30,797 bases of DNA from Candidatus Limnocylindrales bacterium (GTDB lineage Bacteria > Chloroflexota > Limnocylindria > Limnocylindrales > CSP1-4): assembly GCA_035255225.1 (NCBI GenBank), contig DATEZX010000191.1, positions 1-30,797 on the forward strand. Reading direction: 5' to 3'. Numbering within the stretch: the first letter of the stretch is position 1; every line of letters starts with the position of its first letter. Below, piece by piece: positions 8,041 through 16,615 of the stretch. The notes beneath the pieces are model-generated. The model worked only from the letters and a program-made list of their open reading frames with translations, did no database searches and was not told where the DNA came from. A program made the translations under genes and the position numbers.

Positions 8041-9114
8041 TCAGATCTCGACGATGACGCGGTACGTGCCGGGCTTGATGGCCTCCTCGAGGGCGGCGGT
8101 CAGCTCGGCGAGCGGGTAGCGGACATCGATGAGCGGGCTGAGGTCGACGAGGCCGTAGCGGACGAGCCGCGCCGCGGTGTAGAAGTCCCGCTTCTCGCCG
8201 GACAGCACGCCGAACACCCCGGTCTCGCGGTTGTGGGTCTCGTTGGGCTTGATCGTGAACTCGGGCTCGGGATGGGCCGCCGCGAAGAGGACGAAGCGGC
8301 CCTTGTCGGACAGCATCGCCCAGCCCTGGTCGTTGGCGCTCTTGTGGCCGATGGCCGCGATGACGGCCTCGGCGCCGCGCCCCTCGGTCAGCTCCTTGAC
8401 CCGGGCGACCGGGTCCTCCTTCGAGCCGTCGATCAGCTCGTCGGCGCCCATCCGCCCGGCCATCGCGAGGCGGCCGGGATCGATCTCGCTGACGATGACC
8501 CGGGCCCCGTGCTGCTTGGCTGCGATGACGTTCATGAGGCCCATCACGCCGGCGCCGAGGACGACGACGTCCTGGCCGACGTAGAGGTCGAGGAGCCGCG
8601 TCGCGTGGATCGCGCAGGACAACGGCTCGGTCAGCGCGGCGACGCCGTACTCGGCATCACCGACGCGGTAGACGCCGTCGGCGGGATGGGTCTTGTACTG
8701 GGCGAAACCGCCCGGCCCCCAGGCCTCGCCGTACTTGACCGAGCCGGCGTAGTGGAGCTTGCAGGCCCGATCCTGACCGGTGTAGCACCAGTGGCACTTG
8801 CCGCACGACGACGAGCCGACGGTCACGCGCTCGCCGACCTTCAGGTCGGTGTACGTCCCCGGGCCGATCGCCGCGACCTCGCCCGCCATCTCGTGGCCGC
8901 CGACGAACGGGAACTTGTTCGCCTGGGCGCCGCTGTAGCTGCGCTGCTCCCAGGTGCAGATCGCGGTGGCGTGGAGTCGGACGAGGATCTCGCCTGGGGC
9001 CGGCTCCGGGATCGGCAGGTCCTGAATCGAGAGGTCGCGGATCCCCGCCATGACCCCGACCTTCATGGTCTCCGTCGTGCCCGCCCGAGGGGCCTCCAAC
9101 ACCGGAGTCGTCAT
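8041..9114 (-). CDS. Zn-dependent medium-chain alcohol/polyol dehydrogenase (sorbitol/iditol DH-like), 357 aa
   Basis: ICTWE, GHEMAG, structural Zn site C-x2-C-x2-C-x7-C (CGKCHWCYTGQDRAC), EPLSCAIH, GAGVMG. ATG 9114; alternative ATG 9066. Confidence 0.92.
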   Translation of the reverse strand: MTTPVLEAPRAGTTETMKVGVMAGIRDLSIQDLPIPEPAPGEILVRLHATAICTWEQRSYSGAQANKFPFVGGHEMAGEVAAIGPGTYTDLKVGERVTVGSSSCGKCHWCYTGQDRACKLHYAGSVKYGEAWGPGGFAQYKTHPADGVYRVGDAEYGVAALTEPLSCAIHATRLLDLYVGQDVVVLGAGVMGLMNVIAAKQHGARVIVSEIDPGRLAMAGRMGADELIDGSKEDPVARVKELTEGRGAEAVIAAIGHKSANDQGWAMLSDKGRFVLFAAAHPEPEFTIKPNETHNRETGVFGVLSGEKRDFYTAARLVRYGLVDLSPLIDVRYPLAELTAALEEAIKPGTYRVIVEI

Positions 9115-9208
9115 GCTCCCCACCCTCCCGGCGCCGCCGCAGCGAATCGTGTCGACGCGGTCCGTCCGCGAGTACGCCGTGCGCGGTGCCGCGGTCCTGC
9201 GGTGCCAG

Positions 9209-9235
9209 TGCAAATCCTTGCAGCAAGGAATAGCA
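9209..9235. promoter_or_regulatory. Operator-like 27-bp palindrome, copy B (TGCAAATCCTTGCAGCAAGGAATAGCA)
   Basis: 11 of 13 arm positions are complementary. Same TGCAAA...GCAA...GCA register as copy A. Immediately downstream of the minus-strand extended -10. Confidence 0.75.
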
Positions 9236-9247
9236 CGCTGCCTGCGG

Positions 9248-9256
9248 ATGATAGCA
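9248..9256 (-). promoter_or_regulatory. Extended -10 promoter (TGnTATCAT) of the dehydrogenase-aldolase-ALDH-VOC operon
   Basis: Minus strand reads TGC TATCAT; the predicted start near 9241 is just upstream of operator B. Confidence 0.6.
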
Positions 9257-9355
9257 GGCTCTTCCAGCGGTCCCGCCATGCCGAACGGCCCGTTTCTCCG
9301 GCGGCTTCGAGGAGTCAGCCCGGCGCGGCGGCGATCGATGGCTCGTCGGGGTCGC

Positions 9356-9384
9356 TTGACGGCCAGATCGCGGGTCCCTAGGAT
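9356..9384 (+). promoter_or_regulatory. Housekeeping promoter TTGACG-N17-TAGGAT, leaderless geometry
   Basis: The -10 ends 8 nt before ATG 9393 and no SD is present. Confidence 0.7.
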
Positions 9385-9392
9385 AGTTGCGT

Positions 9393-9794
9393 ATGCAACA
9401 AGTCATCGATCCGCGGGTGACGCGTGCACTCGCGCATGGCCAGACCATCGACATCACGACCACCGGCCGGCTGACGGGCGCGCCACGCCGCATCGAGATC
9501 GTGTTCCACAACCTCGATGGCCGGATCTACATCTCAGGCATCCCGAACCCGCACCGACAGCGAGCCTGGCTCCGCAACCTGCAGGCAGACCCGCGCCTGA
9601 TGTTCCATCTCAAGGGGCCCGTCGCTGTCGACCTCCCGGCCACGGCCCGCGTGGTCTCGGACCCCGACGAGCGGTGGCCGATCCTCCAGCGGATCGCCCG
9701 AATCTGGCGCCGGGATCCTGAGCCGATGCAGGCCTTCAGCCCGCTCGTCGAAGTCGAGATCGAGGGCTACACCCCGGCCGCGGCGGTCGCCTGA
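9393..9794 (+). CDS. Nitroreductase/deazaflavin(F420)-dependent oxidoreductase family (split beta-barrel), 133 aa
   Basis: IDITTTGRLTGAPRRIEI and WLRNLQADP motifs. Confidence 0.8.
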   Translation: MQQVIDPRVTRALAHGQTIDITTTGRLTGAPRRIEIVFHNLDGRIYISGIPNPHRQRAWLRNLQADPRLMFHLKGPVAVDLPATARVVSDPDERWPILQRIARIWRRDPEPMQAFSPLVEVEIEGYTPAAAVA

Positions 9795-9883
9795 TTCACC
9801 CCGACCCGGTCCCCCGACCGGCGCCGGAGCACGCGGGCACGTTCTCAGAATCCGATTCGGCCAGGGCCCGCATACTCCGTGCC

Positions 9884-10474
9884 ATGGGCTGGCAGCGTTT
9901 CCTCGGGCTTCCGACACGGGGCACTGGCGACGACTCGGGCGCGACCGCTTCCGGCGGAGCTCCCGGCCGGCCCATCGACGAGGCCGCCGACACCGAGACG
10001 GTGCGTCGAATCGTGGGCCGGCTCGAGGCGATGCCGCGCGACGAGGCCCGTTTTCTGGCCGGCTTCGCCTACATCCTGACTCGCGCCGCCGCGGCGGACC
10101 TCGACATCGACGACGCCGAGGAGGGGGTCATCGAGCGCCTCGTCGCCGAGCACGGGCACCTTCCCGAATCGCACGCCGTGCTCGTCAGCCAGATGGCGAA
10201 GAGCCAGTCGCTCCTGTACGGCGGCACCGAGGACTACCTCGTGACCCGCCAGTTCCGGGAGCTCTCGACGGCGCAGCAGCGGCTCGATCTGCTCCGTTGC
10301 TGCTACCTCGTCGGCGCCGCGGACGACGACATCAGCATCGCCGAGTCGGACACGCTCCAGGAGATCGCCGCGGAGCTCGACGTCGATCGCGCCTCGATCA
10401 ACGCCATCCGCCACGAGTTCGAGCCGAAGCTCTCGACGATCAAGGCGATGCTCCGGATGCGCGAGGGGCCCTAG
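9884..10474 (+). CDS. TerB-family (tellurite resistance-like) protein, 196 aa
   Basis: Two TerB-like helical repeats (AAAADLDIDDAEEGVI; VGAADDDISIAESDTLQEIAAEL); CATACT 7 nt before ATG, no SD. Confidence 0.8.
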   Translation: MGWQRFLGLPTRGTGDDSGATASGGAPGRPIDEAADTETVRRIVGRLEAMPRDEARFLAGFAYILTRAAAADLDIDDAEEGVIERLVAEHGHLPESHAVLVSQMAKSQSLLYGGTEDYLVTRQFRELSTAQQRLDLLRCCYLVGAADDDISIAESDTLQEIAAELDVDRASINAIRHEFEPKLSTIKAMLRMREGP

Positions 10475-10501
10475 GGTCGGGAGGGTCGCGCGGGGGATGG
10501 G

Positions 10502-10795
10502 TCAGGCTGGTCGAGCTCGGTCCCCGAGAGCCTCGTCCAGCTCGTCGTTCGAGGGCTCGCGCAGGATCCGGAACGGCGCCGTCGGATCGCCGAACAGGAT
10601 CGTGGGCGTCCGCCAGCCCCCCTCGTTGAGGCGTCGGATGTGGGCGTCGGCCGCCGGGTCCTCGTCGACCCTGCGGTACTCGAATGGCACGCCCCGCGAG
10701 TCGAGGTGGGCGCGCGAGCGTGTCGTGTCCTCGCAGGTGTCGCGCCCGAGGACGAGGATGGGCGGGTAGCCGGGCTGCCGAACGTCGTCGGTCAC
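10502..10795 (-). CDS. Glutaredoxin/mycoredoxin-like protein with a CxxT (CEDT) motif, 97 aa
   Basis: Trx-fold spacing (VLGRDTCEDT; GVPFEYRRVDED; RTPTI with cis-Pro); GGAGG SD. Confidence 0.75.
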   Translation of the reverse strand: MTDDVRQPGYPPILVLGRDTCEDTTRSRAHLDSRGVPFEYRRVDEDPAADAHIRRLNEGGWRTPTILFGDPTAPFRILREPSNDELDEALGDRARPA

Positions 10796-10852
10796 GGGTT
10801 CCTCCGGGCTCGCAGGGGCTGAGGGGTCGTGGCGGCGCGGGACGCGGTCGGC

Positions 10853-11713
10853 CTAGTTCGGGCGGCCGCTGCCGCCGAGCTCGTTGCCGCGCTCGCGGAG
10901 GAATCGCTCGATGTCGGCGATGAGGTCGTCGCCCTCGGGCAGGCGCGCCTCGTCGGTCATCGATTCGAGGCGCTCGACGTACTGGCGAGTGCTGTCGTCC
11001 GAGGCGGTCGCCGCGTCGAGCCGCTGGCGCAGGAGCATCGCCTCGTTGGCGAGCGCGCCGGGCGGGACCTCGATCTCGAGGTGTCGGTTCAGGGCTCCGA
11101 TGAGGGCCAGGGCGCCGGTGGCATACGGCCCGTTGACGTAGTGAGGGATCTGGGCGAAGTACCCGACCGACGGGATCCCGGCCTTCGAGACGGCGATGTC
11201 GAGGACCGAGATGCACGCGGCGGGGACCCGCAACAGGCCCGTCGGGCCGGCGTGGACGTCGCCCTTCAGCAGGTTCGGCTTGGAGGCCGTGCCGAGGATC
11301 GGCACCGGGCGGGTGTGCGGCACGGCCGCGGGGATCGCCCCGAGGCTGATCCACTGGACGACGCCGAGCCGCGCGGCCAGCGCCGCGAGCTCGCTCGACA
11401 GCTGGCGCCACCGGAAGTCCGGCTCCGCGCCCGTCAGGACGAGGATGTCCCGTGCGCCGTAGTGCGAGCGGGTGAGGGTGAGCTTCGACCAGGTGAGGGT
11501 CCGCGGCCGCCCGTCGCGGATCTCGAGCGCCGGCCGGCGGGCCCGGTAGTCGAACAGGACGTCGCCGTCGAACTCGGCGATGACCTTCCCGCCCTCGGCC
11601 ACGCGCTCCGCGGCGTTGGTCGCGGCCGAGCCCGCGTCGACCCAGCCGTCGAGCGCGACGAGCATGCTCGGCTCGCGCAGATCGTCGGGCTGGTCGAGGT
11701 GATACAGGGCCAT
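10853..11713 (-). CDS. PAC2 (proteasome assembly chaperone-like) family protein, 286 aa
   Basis: ALDGWVDAGSAA, FDYRARRP, GAEPDFRW, GAIPAAVPHTRP and AQIPHY motifs; TAGACT 6 nt before ATG. Confidence 0.88.
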   Translation of the reverse strand: MALYHLDQPDDLREPSMLVALDGWVDAGSAATNAAERVAEGGKVIAEFDGDVLFDYRARRPALEIRDGRPRTLTWSKLTLTRSHYGARDILVLTGAEPDFRWRQLSSELAALAARLGVVQWISLGAIPAAVPHTRPVPILGTASKPNLLKGDVHAGPTGLLRVPAACISVLDIAVSKAGIPSVGYFAQIPHYVNGPYATGALALIGALNRHLEIEVPPGALANEAMLLRQRLDAATASDDSTRQYVERLESMTDEARLPEGDDLIADIERFLRERGNELGGSGRPN

Positions 11714-11736
11714 CGCCGAAGTCTAGGGCCGCGCCG

Positions 11737-13167
11737 CTACCGCAGCCGACGGGCCGCCGAGCGCGCAGCGTGGAAGCCCGCCATGCCATGGACCCCGCCG
11801 CCGGGAGGGGTCGAGGCGGAGCACAGGAAGATCGCCGGGTTGGGCGTCGAGTACGGGTCGTAGAACCGCAACGAGGGCCGGGTGAAGACCTGCGACAGGC
11901 CGTTCCAGCCGCCCGCGATGTCGCCGCCCACGTCGTTCGCGTTGTAGGCCTCGAGGGCCGCCGGGCCCGAGGCTGCGGTCGCGAGGATCCGGTCGCGGAA
12001 CCCCGGTGCGAAGCGCTCGACCTGCCGGAGGATCGCGTCGGTCATGTCGGCCGCCGAGCCGTTCGGGACGTGGCAATACGCCCACACCGTGTTGCGACCC
12101 GCCGGGGCCCGGGAGCCGTCGAACAGGCTCAGCTGGGCCAGCAGGACGAACGGCCGCTCGGGGACCTCACCGCGAGCCACGGCTGCCTCGGACGCCGCGA
12201 TCTCCTCGAACGTGCCGCCAAGGTGGACGGTCCCCGCCCGGGCGAGCTCCGCCGCCTGCCACGGGATCTGGCCGTCGATCGCAAGGTCGAGCTTGAAGAC
12301 GCCGGGGCCGTACCGGAAGCGCGACAGCCGTCGAGCGAACCCGGCGGGGAGGCGATGCCCGGCGATCGCCACGACCTGGCGGGGCGTCGTGTCGAAGACG
12401 GCCACGCCATGCGCCGGCAGCTCGTCGAGGTGCCCGACGGGGTGGAGGACGTCGATGTCGCCGTGGAGCGACAGGAGCTCGTCGGCCATCGCGACCGGGA
12501 GCGTGCCCGCGCCCCCGGCCGGGAACGGCCAGCCATCGCGGTGGGCGCTGCCGAGCATGAGCAGGGCCGACGCGCCGCTGACGGGCGCGCTGAGAGGCAG
12601 CAGCGCATGGGCGGCCGCCCCTGCGACGAGGGCCCGGGCGCGGGCGTCGACGAAGCGGTGGGCGAGCCACGTGGCCGGCTGCAGGGCGTGGGCTCCGAAC
12701 CACGCCCAGCGCGCGAACCGCCGCGGCCAGAGCGGCACGTGGAACGGCGCCAGGACGTCCGGCAGCAGCTCGTCGAAGCCGTCGACGAGGGGCTCGAACA
12801 GCCGCCGGTACTCGTCGCCGTCCCGCCCGAGCCGGGCCGCGGTTGCCTCGACGTCGCGCTCGACGAGAACCGCCGTGCCGTCGTCGAGCGGATGCCCGAG
12901 GGGGGCCGGCGCCTCGAGCCACCGGACGCCCCGTCGCTCGAGCCAGCCGCCGGCGAAGAACGGCGCGATCCGCCCGAACGGGTAGACGGCGCTGCAGATG
13001 TCGTGGACGAAGCCCGGCAGCGTCCGCTCGCCGGATCGCGCGCCGCCGCCGACGCTGCTGGCGGCTTCGTAGAGGTGGACGCTGTGGCCCTCGCGCGCCA
13101 GCTCGATCGCGGCGGCCAGGCCGTTCGGCCCACCGCCGATGACGATCGCGTCGACGAGCGCGGTCAC
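11737..13167 (-). CDS. FAD-dependent oxidoreductase, phytoene desaturase (COG1233)-like, 476 aa
   Basis: IVIGGGPNGLAAA (GxGxxG), PGFVHDICSAVYP, LCSASTPPGGGVHGMAGFHAA motifs. Confidence 0.9.
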   Translation of the reverse strand: MTALVDAIVIGGGPNGLAAAIELAREGHSVHLYEAASSVGGGARSGERTLPGFVHDICSAVYPFGRIAPFFAGGWLERRGVRWLEAPAPLGHPLDDGTAVLVERDVEATAARLGRDGDEYRRLFEPLVDGFDELLPDVLAPFHVPLWPRRFARWAWFGAHALQPATWLAHRFVDARARALVAGAAAHALLPLSAPVSGASALLMLGSAHRDGWPFPAGGAGTLPVAMADELLSLHGDIDVLHPVGHLDELPAHGVAVFDTTPRQVVAIAGHRLPAGFARRLSRFRYGPGVFKLDLAIDGQIPWQAAELARAGTVHLGGTFEEIAASEAAVARGEVPERPFVLLAQLSLFDGSRAPAGRNTVWAYCHVPNGSAADMTDAILRQVERFAPGFRDRILATAASGPAALEAYNANDVGGDIAGGWNGLSQVFTRPSLRFYDPYSTPNPAIFLCSASTPPGGGVHGMAGFHAARSAARRLR

Positions 13168-13283
13168 GTCGCCGGCTCCCTGAGCCGGATCGAGCTGCCG
13201 TCGGCCCCGGCGCCGCTCGCCGCGAGCCCTGGCTCGACGAGGAGGCGCCCGACGATGTCGTCCGGCGCGCTGAGCTCCGGCAT
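13164..13283 (-). CDS. Putative 39-aa small protein MPELSAPDDIVGRLLVEPGLAASGAGADGSSIRLREPAT (not in the ORF track)
   Basis: 37 of 38 non-start codons end in G/C; stop overlaps the oxidoreductase start (GTGA); CACCAT 6 nt upstream of the ATG. Confidence 0.55.
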   Translation of the reverse strand: MPELSAPDDIVGRLLVEPGLAASGAGADGSSIRLREPAT

Positions 13284-13369
13284 GACGCTATGGTGCCGCC
13301 TCGGCCCCGGCCCGTCAGGCGGTCGGTCCCGTCACAGACCGCCGTGCGTGGCTGTCTCGCTCCAGCAAC

Positions 13370-15049
13370 ATGGACAGGCTGGACGGCAGGGACCGTGATC
13401 GGACCGTGGGTCCCTTGACGGGCCGGCGGGCGTCGCCCCAGAGTGCGGCCATGCGGTTCGTCGCGGCAGGCCTGCTCAGCCTCGTCGTGCCGGGCGCCGG
13501 CCACGCGCTCCTCGGCCGGCGACGCGCGGCACTCGTCTTCGCCATCCCGTTCCTCGCCCTCGTCGGCGCCGTGGTCGCGATGTACGCGAGCGGCGGCGCG
13601 ATCGGCCTCCTGGCGTTCGCCGTGACGCCGGGCGTCCTGCCGGCCCTCGCCGTCGTCAACGTGATCCTGGCGTTGTGGCGCCTGGCGGCCGCATTCGACG
13701 CAACCCGGGGCGCTCCCCGCCCGGCAAAGACGCTCGGCGCCGTGGGCGCGGCGGCCCTCCTCCTGGTCCTCGCTCCACACGCCTGGGCTGGCGTCACGAT
13801 CTCGTCGACGAACGACTTCATCGACTCGGTCTTCGCGCCCGAGGAGTCACCCGGCGTCGCCGCCGAGGAGCCCACCGATGCGCCCCTCCCGACCGACCCC
13901 GGCCGCGACCCGGTCGCCCACAACCCATTCATCATCACGCCGGATCCGACCGCTCCGCCGACCTCGGCCCCGCGCGGCTCGGCGACCTCGGGGACCTCGG
14001 GGACCGGGACGTTGCCCGGCCTCGGCGTCGCGGTGCCATGGCAACGTCCGGGGGCGATCCCGTGGGGCAGCGACGGCCGGTTCGACCTGCTCCTGCTGGG
14101 CTCCGACGCGGGCACCGATCGCTGGAGCCGGCGGATGGACGTCATGCTCCTCGTCGAGGTCGACGTCGCGAGCGGCAAGGTCGCGATGATCGGCCTGCCA
14201 CGAAACCTCTACGGGGCGCCCTTCCCGCCGGGCAGCGCCGCCGCCAACGCCGTGGCGTGCGGCTGCTTCAACGACCTCCTGAACGCCATGTACGTCGAGG
14301 CCACGGTTCGTCATCCGGGCCTCTGGCCGGGCACCGGAGCGGCGAAGGGCATCGGCGCCGTCCGCGCGATGGTCGGCACCCTCACCGGACGGCCGATCGA
14401 CGCCGTGCTCGTGGCGGACCTGTGGGGCGTCATCAAGGTCGTCAATGCGATGGGCGGCGTCGACGTCAACGTCCCGTACGCGGTTCACGACGACCACTAC
14501 CCCGATCCGGTCTACGGCTCGATGGTCCTCGACATCTCGGCCGGCCAGCACCACTTCGACGGCCGGATGGCGCTGGCCTACGCCCGCAGCCGCCACCAGG
14601 ACTCCGACTACGGCCGGATGCAGCGCCAGCAGGTCCTGCTCCTCGCCATCCGCGACCAGATCGGCCCGGCCACCATCCTCAGCGCGCCGTCGCTCGCTGC
14701 GGCGGCCAAGGGCTTCGTCTGGACCGACCTGCCGCGCGAGGCGCTGCCCAACCTCGTCGACCTATTCGGCAGGGCCGCCACCGCGTCGGTCAAGCAGCTT
14801 CGGATCGTGCCGCCGACGTATCCCGCCTACCTCACGAAATCCGAGATCACGAAGATCCGGAACGACATCGCGAAGCTCCTCGGCGTGCCGCCGCCACCGA
14901 CACCTTCACCGGCGCCGTCGCCGACCACCGCTCCGTCGCCGACCACCGCTCCGACGGCCACGACGACCCCGAGCGAGGCCTCGACGCCGCCACCCCCGAC
15001 GGGCGGTGCTCCGCCGACCGCGGAGCCCTCGCCGGCGTCATCGCCGTAG
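13370..15049 (+). CDS. LCP (LytR-CpsA-Psr) family wall-polymer ligase with N-terminal TM helices and Pro/Thr tail; start uncertain (13370-13451)
   Basis: LLLGSD...RRMDVMLL, IGLPRNL and ALAYARSRHQDSDYGRMQRQQ motifs. Confidence 0.9.
   Translation: MDRLDGRDRDRTVGPLTGRRASPQSAAMRFVAAGLLSLVVPGAGHALLGRRRAALVFAIPFLALVGAVVAMYASGGAIGLLAFAVTPGVLPALAVVNVILALWRLAAAFDATRGAPRPAKTLGAVGAAALLLVLAPHAWAGVTISSTNDFIDSVFAPEESPGVAAEEPTDAPLPTDPGRDPVAHNPFIITPDPTAPPTSAPRGSATSGTSGTGTLPGLGVAVPWQRPGAIPWGSDGRFDLLLLGSDAGTDRWSRRMDVMLLVEVDVASGKVAMIGLPRNLYGAPFPPGSAAANAVACGCFNDLLNAMYVEATVRHPGLWPGTGAAKGIGAVRAMVGTLTGRPIDAVLVADLWGVIKVVNAMGGVDVNVPYAVHDDHYPDPVYGSMVLDISAGQHHFDGRMALAYARSRHQDSDYGRMQRQQVLLLAIRDQIGPATILSAPSLAAAAKGFVWTDLPREALPNLVDLFGRAATASVKQLRIVPPTYPAYLTKSEITKIRNDIAKLLGVPPPPTPSPAPSPTTAPSPTTAPTATTTPSEASTPPPPTGGAPPTAEPSPASSP
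14915..14950. repeat. 18-bp perfect tandem repeat encoding PSPTTA x2 in the LCP tail
   Basis: ccgtcgccgaccaccgct occurs twice in tandem. Confidence 0.8.
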
Positions 15050-15093
15050 CGTCGAGCCGGCGCTCGTCCCGGCCGACGGCGCCGTCGGCAGGG

Positions 15094-16566
15094 TTAGTGG
15101 AGGGTGACCCAGATCGTCTTCTTCTCGGTGTACTGCTCGAGCGCCTCGAGGCCCTTGTCCCGCCCGCCGAAGCCGGACTGCTTGTAGCCGCCGAAGGGCG
15201 TCGTGATGTCGCCCTCGGAGTAGGCGTTCACCCCGACCGTGCCGGCCCGCAGTCCACGGGCGACCCGGAACGCCGCATCGAGATCGCGGGTGTAGACCGA
15301 GGCCGCCAGGCCGTACGAGGTCTCGTTGGCGAGCCGGACGCCCTCCTCCTCGGTGTCGAACGGGATCGTCGAGAGGACCGGCCCGAAGATCTCCTCGCGG
15401 GCGATCGCCATGTCGTTCCGGACGCCGTCGAAGATCGTCGGCGCGACGAAGTAGCCGCCGCTGGCCTCGAGGGTCCGGCCGCCGCCCGTGGCGATGCGAG
15501 CGCCCTCGGCACGGCCCCGCTCGATGTAGCCCAGGACCTTGTCGAGATGCGGCCGCTCGACCATCGGCCCGATCCGCGTCGCCGGGTCCATCGGGTCACC
15601 GACCGGCCAGGCCGCGAGGCCGGCGACCAGTCGCTCGACCAGCTCGTCCTGGACCGAGCGGTGGACGATGAGCCGTGAGCCGCACGAGCAGTTCTCGCCC
15701 ATGTTCATGAGCGCCGCGAAGAGGACCTGCTCGGTCAGGACGTCCCAGGCGGGTGGATCGGCGAGGACGAGCTGGGGCGACTTGCCGCCGCACTCGAGGG
15801 TGACCTCCTTGAGGTTGCTCTCGGCGCTGTAGCGGAGGAACAGCCGGCCGACCTCGGTCGAGCCGGTGAACGTCACCTTGTCGACGGCCATGTGGCGGCC
15901 GAGGGCCGCGCCGGCGGTGCCCCCGGGCCCGGGCACGACGTTGAGGACGCCGTCGGGCAGGCCGGCCTCGCTGGCGAGCTCGGCCAGGCGGATCACCGAG
16001 AGCGAGGTCAGGCGCGACGGCTTGACGACCATCGAGTTCCCGGCCGCGAGTGCCGGGGCGATCTTCCAGGCCGCCATGAGGAGCGGGAAGTTCCACGGCA
16101 CGACGGCGCCGACGACGCCGATCGGCTCACGGACGATGAGCCCGAGGGCGTCCGGCCCGGTCGGGGCGACCGCGTCGAAGACCTTGTCGATGGCCTCCGC
16201 ATACCAGCGGAACGTCTTGACCGTATCCGGCAGGTCGACGTCGCGCGTGTCGGTGATCGGCTTGCCGGCCTCGAGGGCGTCGAGCGTCGCGAGCTCGTCG
16301 GCGTGGGACTCGATCGCGTCGGCGACGTCGAGCAGGATCTTCTTCCGGTTCGCCGGCGCGAGGCGCGACCATCGCCCGTCGTCGAATGACCGGCGGGCCG
16401 CCGCGACCGCGACATCAACGTCGGCTTCGCCGCCGGCGGCGACGTGCGTCAGGACCTGCCCGGTCGCGGGGTTCTCGGTGGCGAAGGTCTCGCCCGAGGC
16501 GGCGTCGACGAACCGGCCGTCGATGAACGCCCTGGTCCGGAAGGTGGGTCCCGCCGCGATGGCCAT
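15094..16566 (-). CDS. Aldehyde dehydrogenase, PuuC (gamma-glutamyl-gamma-aminobutyraldehyde DH)-like, 490 aa
   Basis: VVPWNFPL, FTGSTEVG, LECGGKSP, GENCSCGSR and FGGYKQSGFGGRDKG motifs. Confidence 0.9.
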   Translation of the reverse strand: MAIAAGPTFRTRAFIDGRFVDAASGETFATENPATGQVLTHVAAGGEADVDVAVAAARRSFDDGRWSRLAPANRKKILLDVADAIESHADELATLDALEAGKPITDTRDVDLPDTVKTFRWYAEAIDKVFDAVAPTGPDALGLIVREPIGVVGAVVPWNFPLLMAAWKIAPALAAGNSMVVKPSRLTSLSVIRLAELASEAGLPDGVLNVVPGPGGTAGAALGRHMAVDKVTFTGSTEVGRLFLRYSAESNLKEVTLECGGKSPQLVLADPPAWDVLTEQVLFAALMNMGENCSCGSRLIVHRSVQDELVERLVAGLAAWPVGDPMDPATRIGPMVERPHLDKVLGYIERGRAEGARIATGGGRTLEASGGYFVAPTIFDGVRNDMAIAREEIFGPVLSTIPFDTEEEGVRLANETSYGLAASVYTRDLDAAFRVARGLRAGTVGVNAYSEGDITTPFGGYKQSGFGGRDKGLEALEQYTEKKTIWVTLH

Positions 16567-16615
16567 GCCCTAGTCTGGCACGCCCGGACCGGCCTCCGCG
16601 GCCCCTGGGATCGGG

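Noticed and set aside
7237-9381. 714-aa plus-strand ORF, and similar long ORFs at 5458-7176, 11770-13398, 13675-15678 and 27451-28392
   Set aside because: They lie antisense to or out of frame with motif-bearing genes and contain no recognisable motifs.
9884-10474. Tellurite-resistance or anti-phage ter cluster
   Set aside because: A solitary TerB-like gene with no terA/C/D/Z neighbours.
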